DNA of 64,000 bases from Octopus vulgaris (Eukaryota), in assembly GCA_951406725.2 (NCBI GenBank), contig OX597835.1, forward strand, positions 40,610,001-40,674,000. The letters are read 5' to 3'. How positions within the stretch are numbered: position 1 is the stretch's first letter; each line of letters begins with the position of its first letter. Both the position numbers and the translations under genes were made by a program. A model generated the notes under the pieces. The model was not told where the DNA came from. It did not search any database and was given only the letters and a program-made list of their open reading frames with translations. Shown one piece after another: positions 13,529 through 28,900 of the stretch.

Positions 13529-14042
13529 GGTCTAAGAATCCACAAGACTGGGATATAATAATAAATGCAGTCATCAAAGTTATATGGCAGGGAGTAGTTG
13601 CCGTTATTGTTTTTCTTTTTCCAGACCAACTCTGATGAGTGCAGTTATGAGATAATTATCTAATACCCTATGTGAAATCCAGTCAGTAAGATCGGCTGTA
13701 ATGGATCTATAATACTGTGTACTTTGATTAATATTTATACATATATATATATATATATATATGCACACACACTAAAAGAAAAAAATTCACATATTGTTCT
13801 ATGTGAACATATAAATACAAATGCCAAATATATATATAAATGTATATATTTATATATGTATATATATATATGTATGTATTTATATATGTATATATAGATA
13901 TATATATGTATATATATATGTATGTATATATATTTATATATATGTACATGTATATATGTATATATATGTATGTATATATATTTATATATATGTACATGTA
14001 TATATATATATGTATGTATATATGTGTGTATATATATATATA

Positions 14043-14076
<34 letters not shown>
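12965..14076. repeat. Compound (TA)n/(TACA)n/(TATG)n microsatellite, interrupted at 13529-13735
   Basis: Direct inspection. Confidence 0.95.
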
Positions 14077-14077
<1 letters not shown>

Positions 14078-14420
14078 GAAAATCACAAACAAATTGTGAT
14101 GTTGTTTTACTGTTTTCATTGATAAGAGAATAAGAATCAAAATGAACCTATATATATATACACACACACACATTCTCTGCTGATTCTTTATTTTGGCACA
14201 TCTCATGACAAATTACTTTTCTTTTCCATATAAATAAATCTACCTTTTCCAGAACAGAGGTGAAAAGTCAAAACATTCTACAAATTGCACAGATAGACAG
14301 AAAAGAGGTTCAATGAATATGTGTGTGTGTGTGTGTGTGCATGTGTATAGTATATGTGTCTGTGTGTATGTATATGTGTATATACATATATTTGTAAAAA
14401 GTAATCCTTATTATTAACAG

Positions 14421-14466
<46 letters not shown>

Positions 14467-15087
14467 TATATACACATTTACACAAAGAGAGATAGATAGA
14501 GATCAGAGACCAAGTAGTTAAATTCATTCCAGAATCACGGGGTTGTAGGTTCAATCTCACTGCATCTAGGTGAAATATTGTTTTCTAGACCCTCAAGTTG
14601 ACCCATGGTTTCTAAGTAAAATCTGGAAGATGAAAGCTGAAATTCTAAAGACACAGCCTTGCCTCATATTGCACGACAAAGCTGATTCAGTTTGATAATT
14701 TCAATAAGGATATAATGGTGTCTGTCTAATGTTCAGGCACTTAATATGTTAATTCAGGGGTAGGTGTACATATATATGTGTGTGTGAGAATATGTGTATA
14801 TATACATGCACATGTACATATATAGGCATTATACTTGAGTGTCTGTACAGGTATATATATGTGTGAATGTGCATATGGACATTATAAATATATATATAGA
14901 CATGTATGCACACATATGTGCATATACATACGCACACATATATACACACAGGCATACATACATATGTATATGTCCACCTACACAAACACACTCATGTAAT
15001 GTAAATAGGGATAAATGTAACAGGATGAGGTTATTAATTGTTGCTATTGATAATTCTGTTATGAATTAATTGCTCTTCAATTACATT

Positions 15088-15121
<34 letters not shown>

Positions 15122-15291
15122 CATAGATGTATACATGTGCATATGTGTATGTGAAAGGCTTTCCTACTGATACTGTCTGTTTCACAAGTTTCACTAATAA
15201 TGGAAGACACTTGCCTTGCAGTGGGATTGAACCGAAAAGCAAGTGGTGAAATGAACTTCTGAACCACTGGACCATGAATATATATATATAC

Positions 15292-15693
15292 TCTTTTACT
15301 TGTTTCAGTCATTTGACTGCAGCCATGCTGGAGCACCGCCTTTAGTCGAGAAAATCGACCCCGGGACTTATTCTTTGTAAGCCCAGTACTTATTCTATCG
15401 GTCTCTTTTGCCGAACCGCTAAGTTATGGGGACGTAAACACACCAGCATCGGTTGTCAAGCAATGCTAGGGGGACAAACACAGACACACAAACATATACA
15501 CATACACACATATATATATATATACATATATATGACAGGCTTCTTTCAGTTTCCGTCTACCAAATCCATTCACAAGGCATTGGTCGGCCCGGGGCTATAG
15601 CAGAAGACACTTGCCCAAGATGCCACGCAGTGGGACTGAACCCGGAACCATGTTGTTGGTAAGCAAGCTACTTACCACACAGCCACTCCTGCG

Positions 15694-15696
<3 letters not shown>
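15292..15696 (-). mobile_element. tRNA-derived SINE family B (internal microsatellite, CORE-like ccttgggcaagt)
   Basis: Full-length copy homologous to 32484-32878 and 48697-49110. Confidence 0.85.
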
Positions 15697-15736
<40 letters not shown>

Positions 15737-16169
15737 AGAGAGAGAGAGTTATGTACAGTGTTATTCAACCCCTTAGAATTCCGATCACTCTATCAAGTGT
15801 AATGTTTATCCACTTTGTTTAAAATGAATTATATGTTATCATGAAGCTGTAAGATTGCAATGAAGTGATTACATATTTTTTAGACTAAAGGTATGGATCT
15901 GGTCAGTTCCACTGTAAAACAGGTAGAATATTTTAGAATATTTGGACCACATATGGCTGTTTTAGATGCTAAAGGGTTAACATGTTGGTGTACATTCAGA
16001 GGTTGGAAGATGATATGCTGCATATAGATGCGCTGTCTGTAAGGAGAATTTGTTCTCGAGACAACTTGACCGGCATATTGTCTTTCTATGTTCAAATGCA
16101 CATGAACATGTTGAATAAGACTGTACATTGCTATAATTCATTCAAAGGTGGTTAGTGCATATTTGAATT

Positions 16170-16170
16170 A

Positions 16171-16204
<34 letters not shown>

Positions 16205-16620
16205 GTATATATATATATGTATATATATATGTATATATATATAAATTTATATATATTTATATATATATATATATATAATTTATATTTATATATATATATA
16301 AATTTATATTTATATATATATATTTATAAATTTATATATATGTATATATTTATAAATTTATATTTATATATATATTTATAAATTTATATATATATATACA
16401 CATAAATTTATATTTATATATATATTTATAAATTTATATATATACACATAAATTTATATATATATATATATATATATACACATAAATTTATATATATATA
16501 TATACACATAAATTTATATATATATATATATATATACACATAAATTTATATATATATATATATATACAAACATAAATTTATACATGTATATAAAAATTAA
16601 TCTATATATAAATTTATATA
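16170..16620. repeat. AT microsatellite/minisatellite (ataaattt(at)n units)
   Basis: Direct inspection. Confidence 0.9.
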
Positions 16621-17154
16621 AAATTATAATTAAGGGTATCTAAGAGATACCACTATGCTAGATATAGCAGCCAAAACACGACTCTAAAACCATATTAAAA
16701 TGTTCATACAGCACCAGGAGAGAAGACAAAGACATAAAATAAACTAGTAAAAAAAAAAAAAAATCACTGGATAATTCCAGATCCCGGTTTTCTGGCTCTG
16801 CATAAGAAATGCTTTGCCTTCATGTTGGCAACCTGATGGGATCAATATTTTAAATAATAAGCTTATCCTTATTTATATAAATTAATATATTCATAAATTT
16901 TTATATATATATATATATATATCAATATAAATTTATATATATATTAAAAATGGGGAAGGCCGATTAATGGGATTACTTTAGGTCTCCCGTCCATAAAGGG
17001 TTTACCTTTATTTTTGGGATCTGATGATAAACCATAAAGCTATAACTCTTTATGCAAATGTAACCTAAGGTAATCCCATAAACTGGGTCTTCCCCATTTT
17101 TAATATATACTGATCTACATTTTAGAGGGTGCGTCTTCTTTCCGATTTAAGTCT

Positions 17155-17682
<528 letters not shown>

Positions 17683-18715
17683 GCGTATAAAGAGAGATAG
17701 AAGAAAATGTGTGCAAATTGTGACAATGTTGAACAATTCCAAAATACAAGAGAAAAATGGTTAACTTTAGAAATTATTTCATTACTTGAGTTGAAATAAT
17801 TTTTCAAATGATTTTTATTAATATCATTTTTAATTAAACCCATCGTTAAATCAAAATCACTTAATTCAAAATCATTTCACCATTTATAATATATTGACAA
17901 GATATACTCAGACACACAAGAAAATATCTTCTGTTTTTTGTTTTTTTGTTTACAAATTTACAAGACATTGATAAAACAAATATTTAATAAATACAAAAAA
18001 AAAAAAGAAAACATAGCCAAGAACAACAAAAAAATTGATACACAACTAATTATTTCATATGAAGCTAATCAAAGCAATTAAAAAAAAAACAACAAAACTT
18101 CATGGAACAAAATTTAACTATAATAGATAAAACTATTAACAACAACATTTCAAAAATTCTCAATTACATTTTTGTTATATTAAAATATATATATATGTGT
18201 GTGTGTGTACATACAAATATTTTTTTGTTACAAAAATATTACCAATCTACATAATTTTGATAATTTTCTTGTTTTTCATTGTATACAAATATCATTATTA
18301 TTATTACCATTAATATTATTAATTCTTTCTTTTTCATGAACTGTCAATCAATGCCACAGCATTATTTAAGAAAGATTCAATTTCTTTATTTATAAATTTT
18401 GAATTCTTAACCATTTGCCTGACCAAAGCATTTTCATATGTTCGTCCTAAGCGTCCGTGCTTGCTTTTAAGCTTTTTGTCAGCCCTTGTTTTATATGTTC
18501 TGAGTAAATATAAAGCTGTCCTTTCATAAGTCCCAAGTTTTCCTCATGGTCGAAAAAAAAAAATCAAGAACATGTATCATATATATAATACATGAACGCC
18601 AAAGAAATACATCATGTGTGTCACATGGAATACACAGCGGGACAGGCAAACGGCCAAGACAGTTGTGTGAATAGTTTTGCAAAGATCATTGAAAACAGGT
18701 TCTGGAACTCTAAAC

Positions 18716-18716
<1 letters not shown>

Positions 18717-18754
<38 letters not shown>

Positions 18755-18787
18755 CATAATAATAATAATAATAATGATAATAATAAT
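18717..18787. repeat. (AAT)n microsatellite
   Basis: Direct inspection. Confidence 0.95.
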
Positions 18788-19295
18788 GTCAGTTAAATTA
18801 CATGATATTGTAGGCAACCATTTAAAACAATTACAGGGGCACAAGAATAGTTTATCAGCGTTTAGCTGATAAGTAATGTCTGTGTTTATAGGAATAGGTT
18901 TGGTTTTATTAAGAAAGAAATTACTATTAGTATTATTATCATTATTTTTATTGTTATTATTATTATTATGCTTAATTGATCTCAATAGGTTGTTGTTTTT
19001 TTTTTGTTTTTTCTTTGGTGTCTTTTAGGCTTCAACAATTCTTTCAGATACCTCATGAGATTCATTAAAATACATCTTTTGAGTATATTAATGTTTGATA
19101 AAAAATATATTTATATATAAATGGAAACAGTGTGTACACGGTTATCCCATAATGTTTATTTTTGTAGTGGGGATAGATAGATAGACAAATAGATAAATAA
19201 ACAGATGGATAGATAGACAGACAGATAGTAGGGGAGAGGAAGAGAGATGCTTTGAAATAAATGCACATGGATACTTCAAAATGTATAATTTTATA

Positions 19296-19387
<92 letters not shown>

Positions 19388-19799
19388 TTTTAAATAAATG
19401 TCTCTGGCCTTTTCAGAGGAGATGGGTCTGAAACATGTTACTCACACACACACACACAAAGCAAATCTTTCTCAAGACCACAAGGATCATAGATTTATAC
19501 AGCCAGGTTCCTATAACTTTTAGTGGATGTAAATCAAAGCTCCACCGGGATAGGAGATGGTGGTCTATGACATGTTTTTCTAGTGGAGAGCATTGAACTT
19601 GGCACTTGAAGCCGACCACCAACACGTTCATCAGTTCTCTAGTGTTGCCACTGTTTACAGCAGTGACAACAACATATTGTGATACCTAGAACACTAACGG
19701 AACCGAAATCGTTTTTGTGGAATCTTTTTAATTCTTAGAACTTTTTGGCTCTTGAGATGATTAAGTATCCTTAGCTACATACAACTACAGATCTAGCAA

Positions 19800-20048
19800 T
19801 TCGTCAGTTATGATGACAAGTGTCCCAGCTGATCTGATCAATGGAACAGTCTGATCATGAAGCCCTCCACATAGTTCTCAGGGAAATTCAGCGTGACACA
19901 GTGTGACAAGGTTGGCCCTTTGAAATACAGGTACAACTCATTTTTGCCAGATGAGTGGATTGGAGCAATGATGCAATATGTCGCTGGATATCGAACTCAT
20001 GACCTTATGGTCATAAGTCAAATACCACAACCACTAAGCCATGTGCGT
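19800..20048 (-). mobile_element. tRNA-derived SINE (family D-related)
   Basis: Minus strand begins cgcacatggcttagtggtt...gagttcgatatcc. Confidence 0.6.
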
Positions 20049-20096
20049 TAAGCAATACGTACATCTACAGAACTGGTGATAGTATATAAACTTCTT

Positions 20097-20340
20097 ATTT
20101 CTTTACTGCCCACAAGGGGTTACACACAGAGGGGACAAGCAAGGACAGACAAACGAATTAAGTGCATTATATAGACCCCAGTGCATAACTGATACCCCAA
20201 AAGGATGAAAGGCAAAGTTGACTCGGCAGAATTTGAACTCAGAACGTAGCAGCAGACGAAATACTGCTAAGCATTTCGCCTGGCATTCTAACGTTTCTGC
20301 CAGCTTGCCCCCTATCTAACGTTTCTGCCAGCTCGCCACC
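20097..20340 (-). mobile_element. SINE family C (Nin-domain-like gcctttcatcctttcggggtcgataaa)
   Basis: Homologous to 22431-22661, 59688-59917 and 62517-62724. Confidence 0.8.
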
Positions 20341-21427
20341 TTATATATATAAACTTCTGATAGCTTCTTCACCTGCTCTCCCATTTCTCACAAGTATTTT
20401 TTCAATACATCATCCTGCGACGTACCCGGACAAATCATAAGTGATGTTTCCTAGGGTCATTAGGTGTTTCAGTTCTTTCAACTAATGACACCCTCACCTG
20501 GGTCATCCAACCAGGGTTGATCAACCCCCACCCACTAGCACTACCCCTCATAGCAGTGCTGCTTCCAGGGAGAGCTCGCATCTCCTGATCTACGGCCAAC
20601 TTGGGGCAACCTCTGCTACTTCCACAACCAACCCGGAAACCTTCTTACTGTGCTCCTGTGATGCCAAGCATGTTGCAAACTCTGCAGAGGGATTGGCCTG
20701 CAAACCCTCTGCATCCTGCCTTCACATCTGATGTTAAATAAGTTGGCATTGAATGTGGAATCAGTGACAGCAAATAAGCAGCAATAATACAGCTGTGCCA
20801 AAACATCTCATATATATATATACACACACACACACATACATACATACATACATACATATATAAATATATACATACATATATATATATATATATAAATATA
20901 AATATATACATACATACATACACACAAAAACACACAGACATATATTGTAGTTCCTCAAGAAATGTCATATGAATTTTCTTTCTAAAAATATGAAAGGTCT
21001 GCATGTGCACAGACATTGCATTTATACAAATTAATGCACACGTATTATTATTATTATTATTACTATTATATCATTTACCATCCATGTTCTGTGTTGGCGT
21101 GGGTTGGCCTGTTTTACAGGATCTGATGGGCCCAAGGACTGAACAAGTCCTTAAATAGCTGGGCAAGATAATGAAATGTGTTAACAAGGGAGTTTTTACC
21201 GGGTTACTTGACCTGTGAAAAACAGCAGTCAAAAATCAAATCACACCCTACCATCTTAAGGAGATGGGGGGTCCAGACGCATTGTACAATGTAACTGTAG
21301 GTATATAAAGAAAGATGGTCATGAGCTGTACTCCACCACATCACACTCCACCTTCAATTTCAGCTTGATTGCTAAAATTTGTTCAGTACTGTTTTGGCAA
21401 TTTCTTTCATTATTTATTCCATCCCAT

Positions 21428-21780
21428 CATTATCATCATTTAACATCCATTTTCCATGCTGGCATGGGTTGGACAGATTGACAGAAGCCAGTGAGCCAGA
21501 GGGCTGCTCCAAGCTCCAACATTTGCCTTTTGCATCATTCCTATGGCTGGATGTCCCTTCCTAATGCCAACTCCTTTACAAAGTGTACTCAGTGCTTTTT
21601 CATGTGGCACCATCGTCAGTGAGGTTAACATGTACCTCTCAAGCCAAGACCCCCTCAACTTGAGGGGAATGGGGAATAATATTGAGGGAGGTGGCTTTGT
21701 GCCAGAGGATGTAAGGTTAAAGTATAACAGAGGGACAGAAACAAATGTTTTGATGCAGAGGAGAGACATGGCTACTCCAA
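21428..21780 (-). mobile_element. RTE 3' UTR, older subfamily
   Basis: catcatttaacatccattttccatgctggcatgggttggac... Confidence 0.65.
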
Positions 21781-22430
21781 AAAATAATTATAAAATAACA
21801 ACAACAATAACAAAAATCCTCCTGACTTGGAATTCATTCTGTAAAATCCCTTACGTTCTATTTACTTCCAGCACCCAACACCCTTGCCTGACCCCTGAAT
21901 CTTTATTTATGCAGTATCAATTCTTGAAACCCAATGTAAAGGGTTTCATATCTAATCTAAAGATGCTACTACACAATTCCTGAGATTTTATGTAGTATTG
22001 TCTTCATGTTGAGATCCCAAGCAGCTTTTGCTCCACGCGTACCTTGGAATCAATTCTTCAGTGACCCGTTTTTACCATTGTTTCTCTGCGGAATGTTTAC
22101 ATTTTCTGGAATGTTGATTTAAAATCCCTTTTTGAACCCTGAGCTGGTACATGTGTCTGTGGTGATGGCCATGAGGGCATGGCTGTTCTTGTAATAGGCA
22201 TGGCTGTTCTTGTAACCCTCAGGTCACCAAGCCTATAACCAAATGCATTCCCTCCATGACTATCCAACCACCAGTGTCTCTAGAACTACTGTAACTAATG
22301 TACCCCCCCCTTTTTTTTAACATAGTGGGAAGTAATTTGAGAGATTTCATTGCTATTTCTAGCATGTCAAGTCAGCACACAAGTGTTCTTTCATCAACTG
22401 TTACCACCACCCCCACACATTAATATATAT

Positions 22431-22661
22431 ATTTCTTTACTACCCACAAGGGGCTAAACATAGAGGAGACAAACAAGGACAGCCAAAGGGATTAAGTTGA
22501 TTACATCGACCCCAGTGCGTAACTGGTACTTTATTTATTGACTCCGAAAGGATGAAAGGCAAAGTCGACCTCGGCGGAATTTGAACTCAGAAGGTAACGG
22601 CAGACGAAATATGGCTACGCATTTTGCCCGGCGTGTTAACGTTTCTGCCAGCTTGCCGCCT
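22431..22661 (-). mobile_element. SINE family C
   Basis: atttctttactacccacaagggg...gccagcttgccgcc. Confidence 0.85.
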
Positions 22662-23009
22662 TTTTCTTAATGCCAATCACTTTACAGTGGTATAAACACA
22701 CACACACACACACACACACAGGTGTGTCTGTCTGTGTGTATTGTTATTTGGCCCCCAAGTCAGCTCAAGAAGTAAACCTATGAAAGAAGGCACAAAGAGA
22801 CATTTGTTGTCGTAGTGTGTGTGCATGTATGCCAAGCATGTGTGGTTATATGAGTGTGTGTGTGTGTGTTTATACATATATATCTGGGTGTGATGTACAC
22901 AAAATATGCAAATGACAATAGTAAATCACTAGAAAAATATAAAACATTCTCCAGGAGGTATAAAGAGACAAAATATACATGTATACTATACTGTTCAGTA
23001 TATTATTTC

Positions 23010-23073
23010 TATGTATAAATATACATACATTCTTATACAAATATACATATATACATACATACATATACATACC

Positions 23074-23105
<32 letters not shown>

Positions 23106-23248
23106 TACATACATATATATATATACATACATATATATACATATATATACGTACATATATATACGTACATATATATACACACATATATATACGTACATAT
23201 ATATATACACACATATATATACGTACATATATATATATACATACATAC

Positions 23249-23284
<36 letters not shown>

Positions 23285-23820
23285 ATATACATACATACAT
23301 ATATATATATATATAGATACATACATATACATACATATATATATATATATATAGATACATACATATACATACATATATATATATAGATACATACATATAC
23401 ATACATATATATATATATACATACATATACATACATATATATATATATATATACATATACATACATATATATATATATATATATACATACATATATATAT
23501 ACATATATACATACATATATATATACATATATACATACATACATATATATATATACATACATATATATATACATACATATATATATATATATACATACAT
23601 ATATATATATATACATATATATACATACACATATATATACATACACATATACATACATATATATACATACATACATATACATACATACATATATATACAT
23701 ACATACATATATACATATATATATATACATACATATATACATATATATATATACATACATACATATATATATATACATACATACATATATATATATACAT
23801 ACATACATACATACATACAT

Positions 23821-23887
<67 letters not shown>

Positions 23888-23900
23888 TATATGTATATAA
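23010..23900. repeat. Compound (TA)n/(TACA)n microsatellite
   Basis: Direct inspection. Confidence 0.95.
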
Positions 23901-24359
23901 AAGTACAATATTATACACGTATGCACAAAAATACATGTAGATGCATGTGCATCCTTGTATGTTCTATAATTTAACAGTGATATCAAAATATATATATACA
24001 TCATTACATCAAGCATAGAAAACCTCCCTAAAAAAACAACACAATTTTAAGAAATATTTTCCCATATACATATATACACACATTTATATATATATATATA
24101 TATGCTGGTAGGTGTCTTTGAAGTAAGAGCTTCTTAAAATGAAAATTATCAATCATATTAAAAGACAATCTTAAAAAGAAAAAAAACCCCTCAAAATGAC
24201 ACAAACCTTATGGAAGAATGTTTTCATATTGTGTGTAAGCGCTTTCATGCAAAATGAAAGTGTCTTCTCGAAAGGTTAGTGTCATTCTACTTTTTTTTTA
24301 AAATTAATAATTTTTATTTTAAGAAAATCTTTCTTCAAATAATGTCTCTATCAAGCAAT

Positions 24360-24453
24360 TACATGCATACATACATAAGTATATATACAAATACACACAC
24401 ACACACACACACACATACATATATATATACATACACATGTTTATACGTATGTG

Positions 24454-24546
<93 letters not shown>

Positions 24547-24549
24547 ACG

Positions 24550-24625
<76 letters not shown>

Positions 24626-24665
24626 TAAACGTGTGTGTATATATATATATACACATACATACATA
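24360..24665. repeat. (TA)n/(CA)n microsatellite with acgtgt interruptions
   Basis: Direct inspection. Confidence 0.9.
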
Positions 24666-24827
24666 GATGGGATGTATACATCTAAAATATTTCAAGAATA
24701 AACATAAAATGTGATAGAGCCCAAACAGTTGATACAAAGGGAAATATAATACAACCACATTTTGTAAATCAACGTTTTTTAGTTTGTGGTGTGTGTGTGT
24801 GTGTGAGTGTGTGCACGCGCGCGCATA

Positions 24828-25046
24828 CGAGGTGGGGCTGAAAGGTTCCTGGCTTTTAAGGGTATCACAAACAGCCTCGTCGGAGGCCCAACCTTTTGAG
24901 TTCTTTTACAGGGCTTAGAAAAACTGAAGGACCGCTGGAATAAGTGTGTGAATCTGAGAGAAGGATACGCTGAATAAAATCATCTTTAACTGATCCTCCA
25001 GTATTTTCATTTACCCTAAGCTGGGAACTTTTTCTGCACCCCGTTG
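24828..25046 (+). mobile_element. Internally deleted mariner (MITE-like)
   Basis: TA-flanked with degenerate TIRs; retains transposase C-terminus QGLEKLKDRWNKCVNLREGYAE*. Confidence 0.75.
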
Positions 25047-25305
25047 TACATGGCCAGGTGGTAGCTACCTACCAGCAATATGAATGATTGATTGGAATTG
25101 TCAAAAATGACAAATACAAAAATAAAGCAATAAAATACCCAAAATTTTGCATCCAATTTCATGCCATTGGCCTGTTTGAGTAACTTCCCCTTATTTTGTT
25201 TACGGCTTTTGTAAACAGATTCAGTTTTGTGTGGAAGTGAATAATATATTCTATATAGTAAAAATATTGACTAACAATATATTTAGCATAGTAGTGTTTG
25301 TTGTA

Positions 25306-25368
<63 letters not shown>

Positions 25369-25662
25369 ACGCACATATTTACATACTTTCTTTGCAACAT
25401 GCTTGCATGGATTGAACAAGTTTTATCGCACTTTGCCCCAATCTTCTGTCATCTGACACACAGCAACAAAGAAAAATGTTCACTCTTGACCTGGTTGTTC
25501 TCTTTTTATCACTAACCATCACATATTTTTATATATATATGGTAGTGCATATGTGCATCAATGCATGATTGCACGCTTCTTCACTGTTATGCAATTATTT
25601 TGGCATTTTGGATAAAACACCTGTATGACATAAAGCTTAGAATGCCACACCTGTTTTCTGCT

Positions 25663-25704
<42 letters not shown>

Positions 25705-25907
25705 CCTCTCTCTCTCTCTCAGAGAGGCACAAGCACCTACACACACATATACACACATGGCAGTAACTTCCGCCTACCAAATTCAATCACAAAGCTTCGG
25801 TCGGCCCGGCGCTATAGCAGAAGACATTTGCCCAAAGTGCCACGCGGTGGGACTGAACCTGAAACCATGTAGCTAGGAAGCAAGCTCCCTAACCACACAC
25901 ACACACA

Positions 25908-25951
<44 letters not shown>

Positions 25952-28900
25952 CACACATACATATATGTATACATATATATATATACATACACACATACAT
26001 ATATATATATATACATATATTTGTATTTAGGACAGTGTTCTTGAACTGATGTCAGTGCGTGCCTGATAACATGTATAACCTTTCTTCCCACAAACATTTG
26101 ATCTAACAGGTTATGTCAACTGAAGTTTGCTTGTTAGTTTAATATACATGTTTGTAATGCTGTGATAACTAATTTCTCGACTAACATCAAGGCCAACAGA
26201 GACACAGGCCATTAACCTCATCTCTTATTCTGTCTTCATCAACACCATATTTACTAAAGTATGTTCTGATTGTCTTCAGGCATTACATTTCCAGCTCCAG
26301 CACTCACTCACTCTCACACATACACAACCATGCAAGCTTCACAAGAAGATTGAAGCCACAAACTTTTATTTCTAATACAGGCTATCATCAATGTCCTTAT
26401 TTACTGTCACTGCAGTCCTGAAAGAAACACATACACACACACATAAATCCTAATGTTAACTTTTCTAACATGTGGTCTGTCCTGGTAGCTAATTATTGTA
26501 AGGGAGATAATTACTTTTAAATTAACCATAGTAGGATCTGAAGTTTGAATTTCAAATTGAAGAGCAACGAAGAAGCAGCTCAGAATGGATATATTTCATA
26601 TGTTCTCTAACTCATTACAAAGATCTTAGCATTTTTATCCTGTATAATACCATTTCATCCTTATTTGAAATCATCAGCATGGCATTACCCAAGGTGAATA
26701 AATTGCATCATATGAAGCAGGGTAGTGATTTTGGACTCAAGTTAGGGAGGAGTTCATTGATCAGTTCATCAATTAGTGCTAGGTATATTATTTCTCTGAG
26801 CATCACCCTTATGTATACTAGTGACTATATAAACTAAGAAAGGGGCAACTGAATATTTTGTTAAATTGAATCCATGATCATCACATTCTCTCAGCTATTG
26901 AGTTAACATCATCACCTGTTTAATATATTTGATGAAGGTGGTGAACTGTCAGAATCATTAGCATGCCAGACAAAACACTTTGCAGTATTTCATCTGTCTT
27001 TTTGTTCTGAGTTCAAATTCTGCTGAGGTAAACTTTGCCTTTCATCCTTTCAGGGTTGATAAAATAAGTACCAGTTGAACGCTGGGTTGATGTAATGGAC
27101 TTTGTGCTAAATTTTGAAGACAATATATGTAATGATAAAATGTTTTAATGTCTATGATAGCAAACTGTAAATCACTCTACAATGTTTGGGGAACTCATCA
27201 TTAGAGGTGAAAAATATTTCAATATTTACATTTGCTTTATGTTTGGAATAGTTTGATCTCTGACCACCATCAAGGGCCTTATTCTTGGGTACATGTACAT
27301 GTGTCAGTGACCCGGTGTAATGTTTTTCAAAGAGGGTTCCAAAAATTCCCAGCATTCTGTGAAAGAATATTCTAAAACAACTATTTAATATCTTGTTAAA
27401 ATCAAGTTGTGAGGGAGGTCCATAAAATATAGGGGTTGGTTATATAATTTTTGGAAAATTGTGTAATGGGTTTGGAAACTGTTGACCTTAGTGGAAAAGA
27501 GTATTACTAATCTTTGTTTGGAAATAAAGGGTTTCCAGTTCAAATTCAGTCCAGTACTGTATGTACACATCCAAGAATAAGTCATTTGATGATGAGCAAA
27601 GATAAATCAGTTGCGCAGATGTAAAAATTAATGCATTTTTTTACCACTAAAAATAAGGTTAGTAGTTTGTAAAATTACAGTCATATCAAAATATATATTA
27701 TTGTGGTTGTATATCCTCAAAATTAGTTCTGCTTTTCAGATGGTAGCTGGCTGAGAAAATCTCTGATTATGACCAACATATCTAGCTCTAAAAATATTAC
27801 AGTCCTCTCTTCATCTAATTGAAGATCCTATGTCACACTGTGGTGCACCATAGAATTGACACTCAAAATATGCTGGGTTTCTTCCACTGCCCAATCTGTT
27901 TTTGTATGTCTACAGGGCCTGGTGCTGGTTATAGCAGAACTGGGTAAGGTACAGCAGTTATTCCCTACCCTTGCTATGCTACCAGTAATTGGGTGGGACT
28001 ATGTTCACCCTAGATGTTCATTATTTTTATGTTCACAGGTCATGTTTGTATGTTCAGGAATTTTCTCTTTCATATTTAGGGGAAGCAGTACCCATAACTT
28101 TCATATTACCCTATTCAATTGAGGTTTATGTTCAGCATGAACTTCTGTAGGTTGTTACTTGGAAAAACATGGGCAGGAGGAGAAGGTGTGGGATTTTTAA
28201 ATGCTTGCACCCTTGGAAAATAAGGTTTTGGAAAAATATATGACACAACATTTAAGGGTGGTGGTGATGGTTGGGATAGGGTAAGACAAGGAGGAGGAAC
28301 AAATGCATCATGGGATACACAAAACCATTGTTGAAGTGGTTGTAGAAGAGAGAGAAATCTTGTCACCTCGAAGCTAAAAGATTTCCTGCAGCTCATCTTA
28401 TCTGGGTATCCATCTTCATCAAATACTTAAACAAGAGCTACTACTTATACGAATGGGTTTGAAATATTGGTTATTGATGGATTTCAAGTTGATTTTGACA
28501 AACATTCAACCAATGGTATAACTATACACTCTATATTTTTTTTTATAGTTTAGTGTGTGTGGGTGTGGGTGTATTGAAATAATCCGAGTATTCCACATGG
28601 TTTCTGTCTCCCCTAATTTCATTAACAAAGCTTGGGTTAACCCAGGGCTGTCGTAAGAAAATACTGGTCCAGGTGTCACATATGAGGATTGAACTCTGAG
28701 CCAACATGATTGTAAAGCAAACTATTTAACCACACAGCCAGGTGTGCCCTGAACACACACACACAGATTCAATAACTGTATCTGCTGACTGGTTTCTACA
28801 ATATTCTTGTTGTTCGTTCAACAAAACTACAAACTCATTATAATAAAAGTGGTTGAGTATCCCACTGCTGAACCCCTTTTTACTTAGTGAATCCCAAACA

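Noticed and set aside
12831-14206. Long Y/I/M/C-rich ORFs here and at 17.1-17.8, 22.9-24.8, 53.8-54.2 and 60.8-62.1 kb
   Set aside because: These are translations of stop-free (TA)n/(TACA)n microsatellites on both strands
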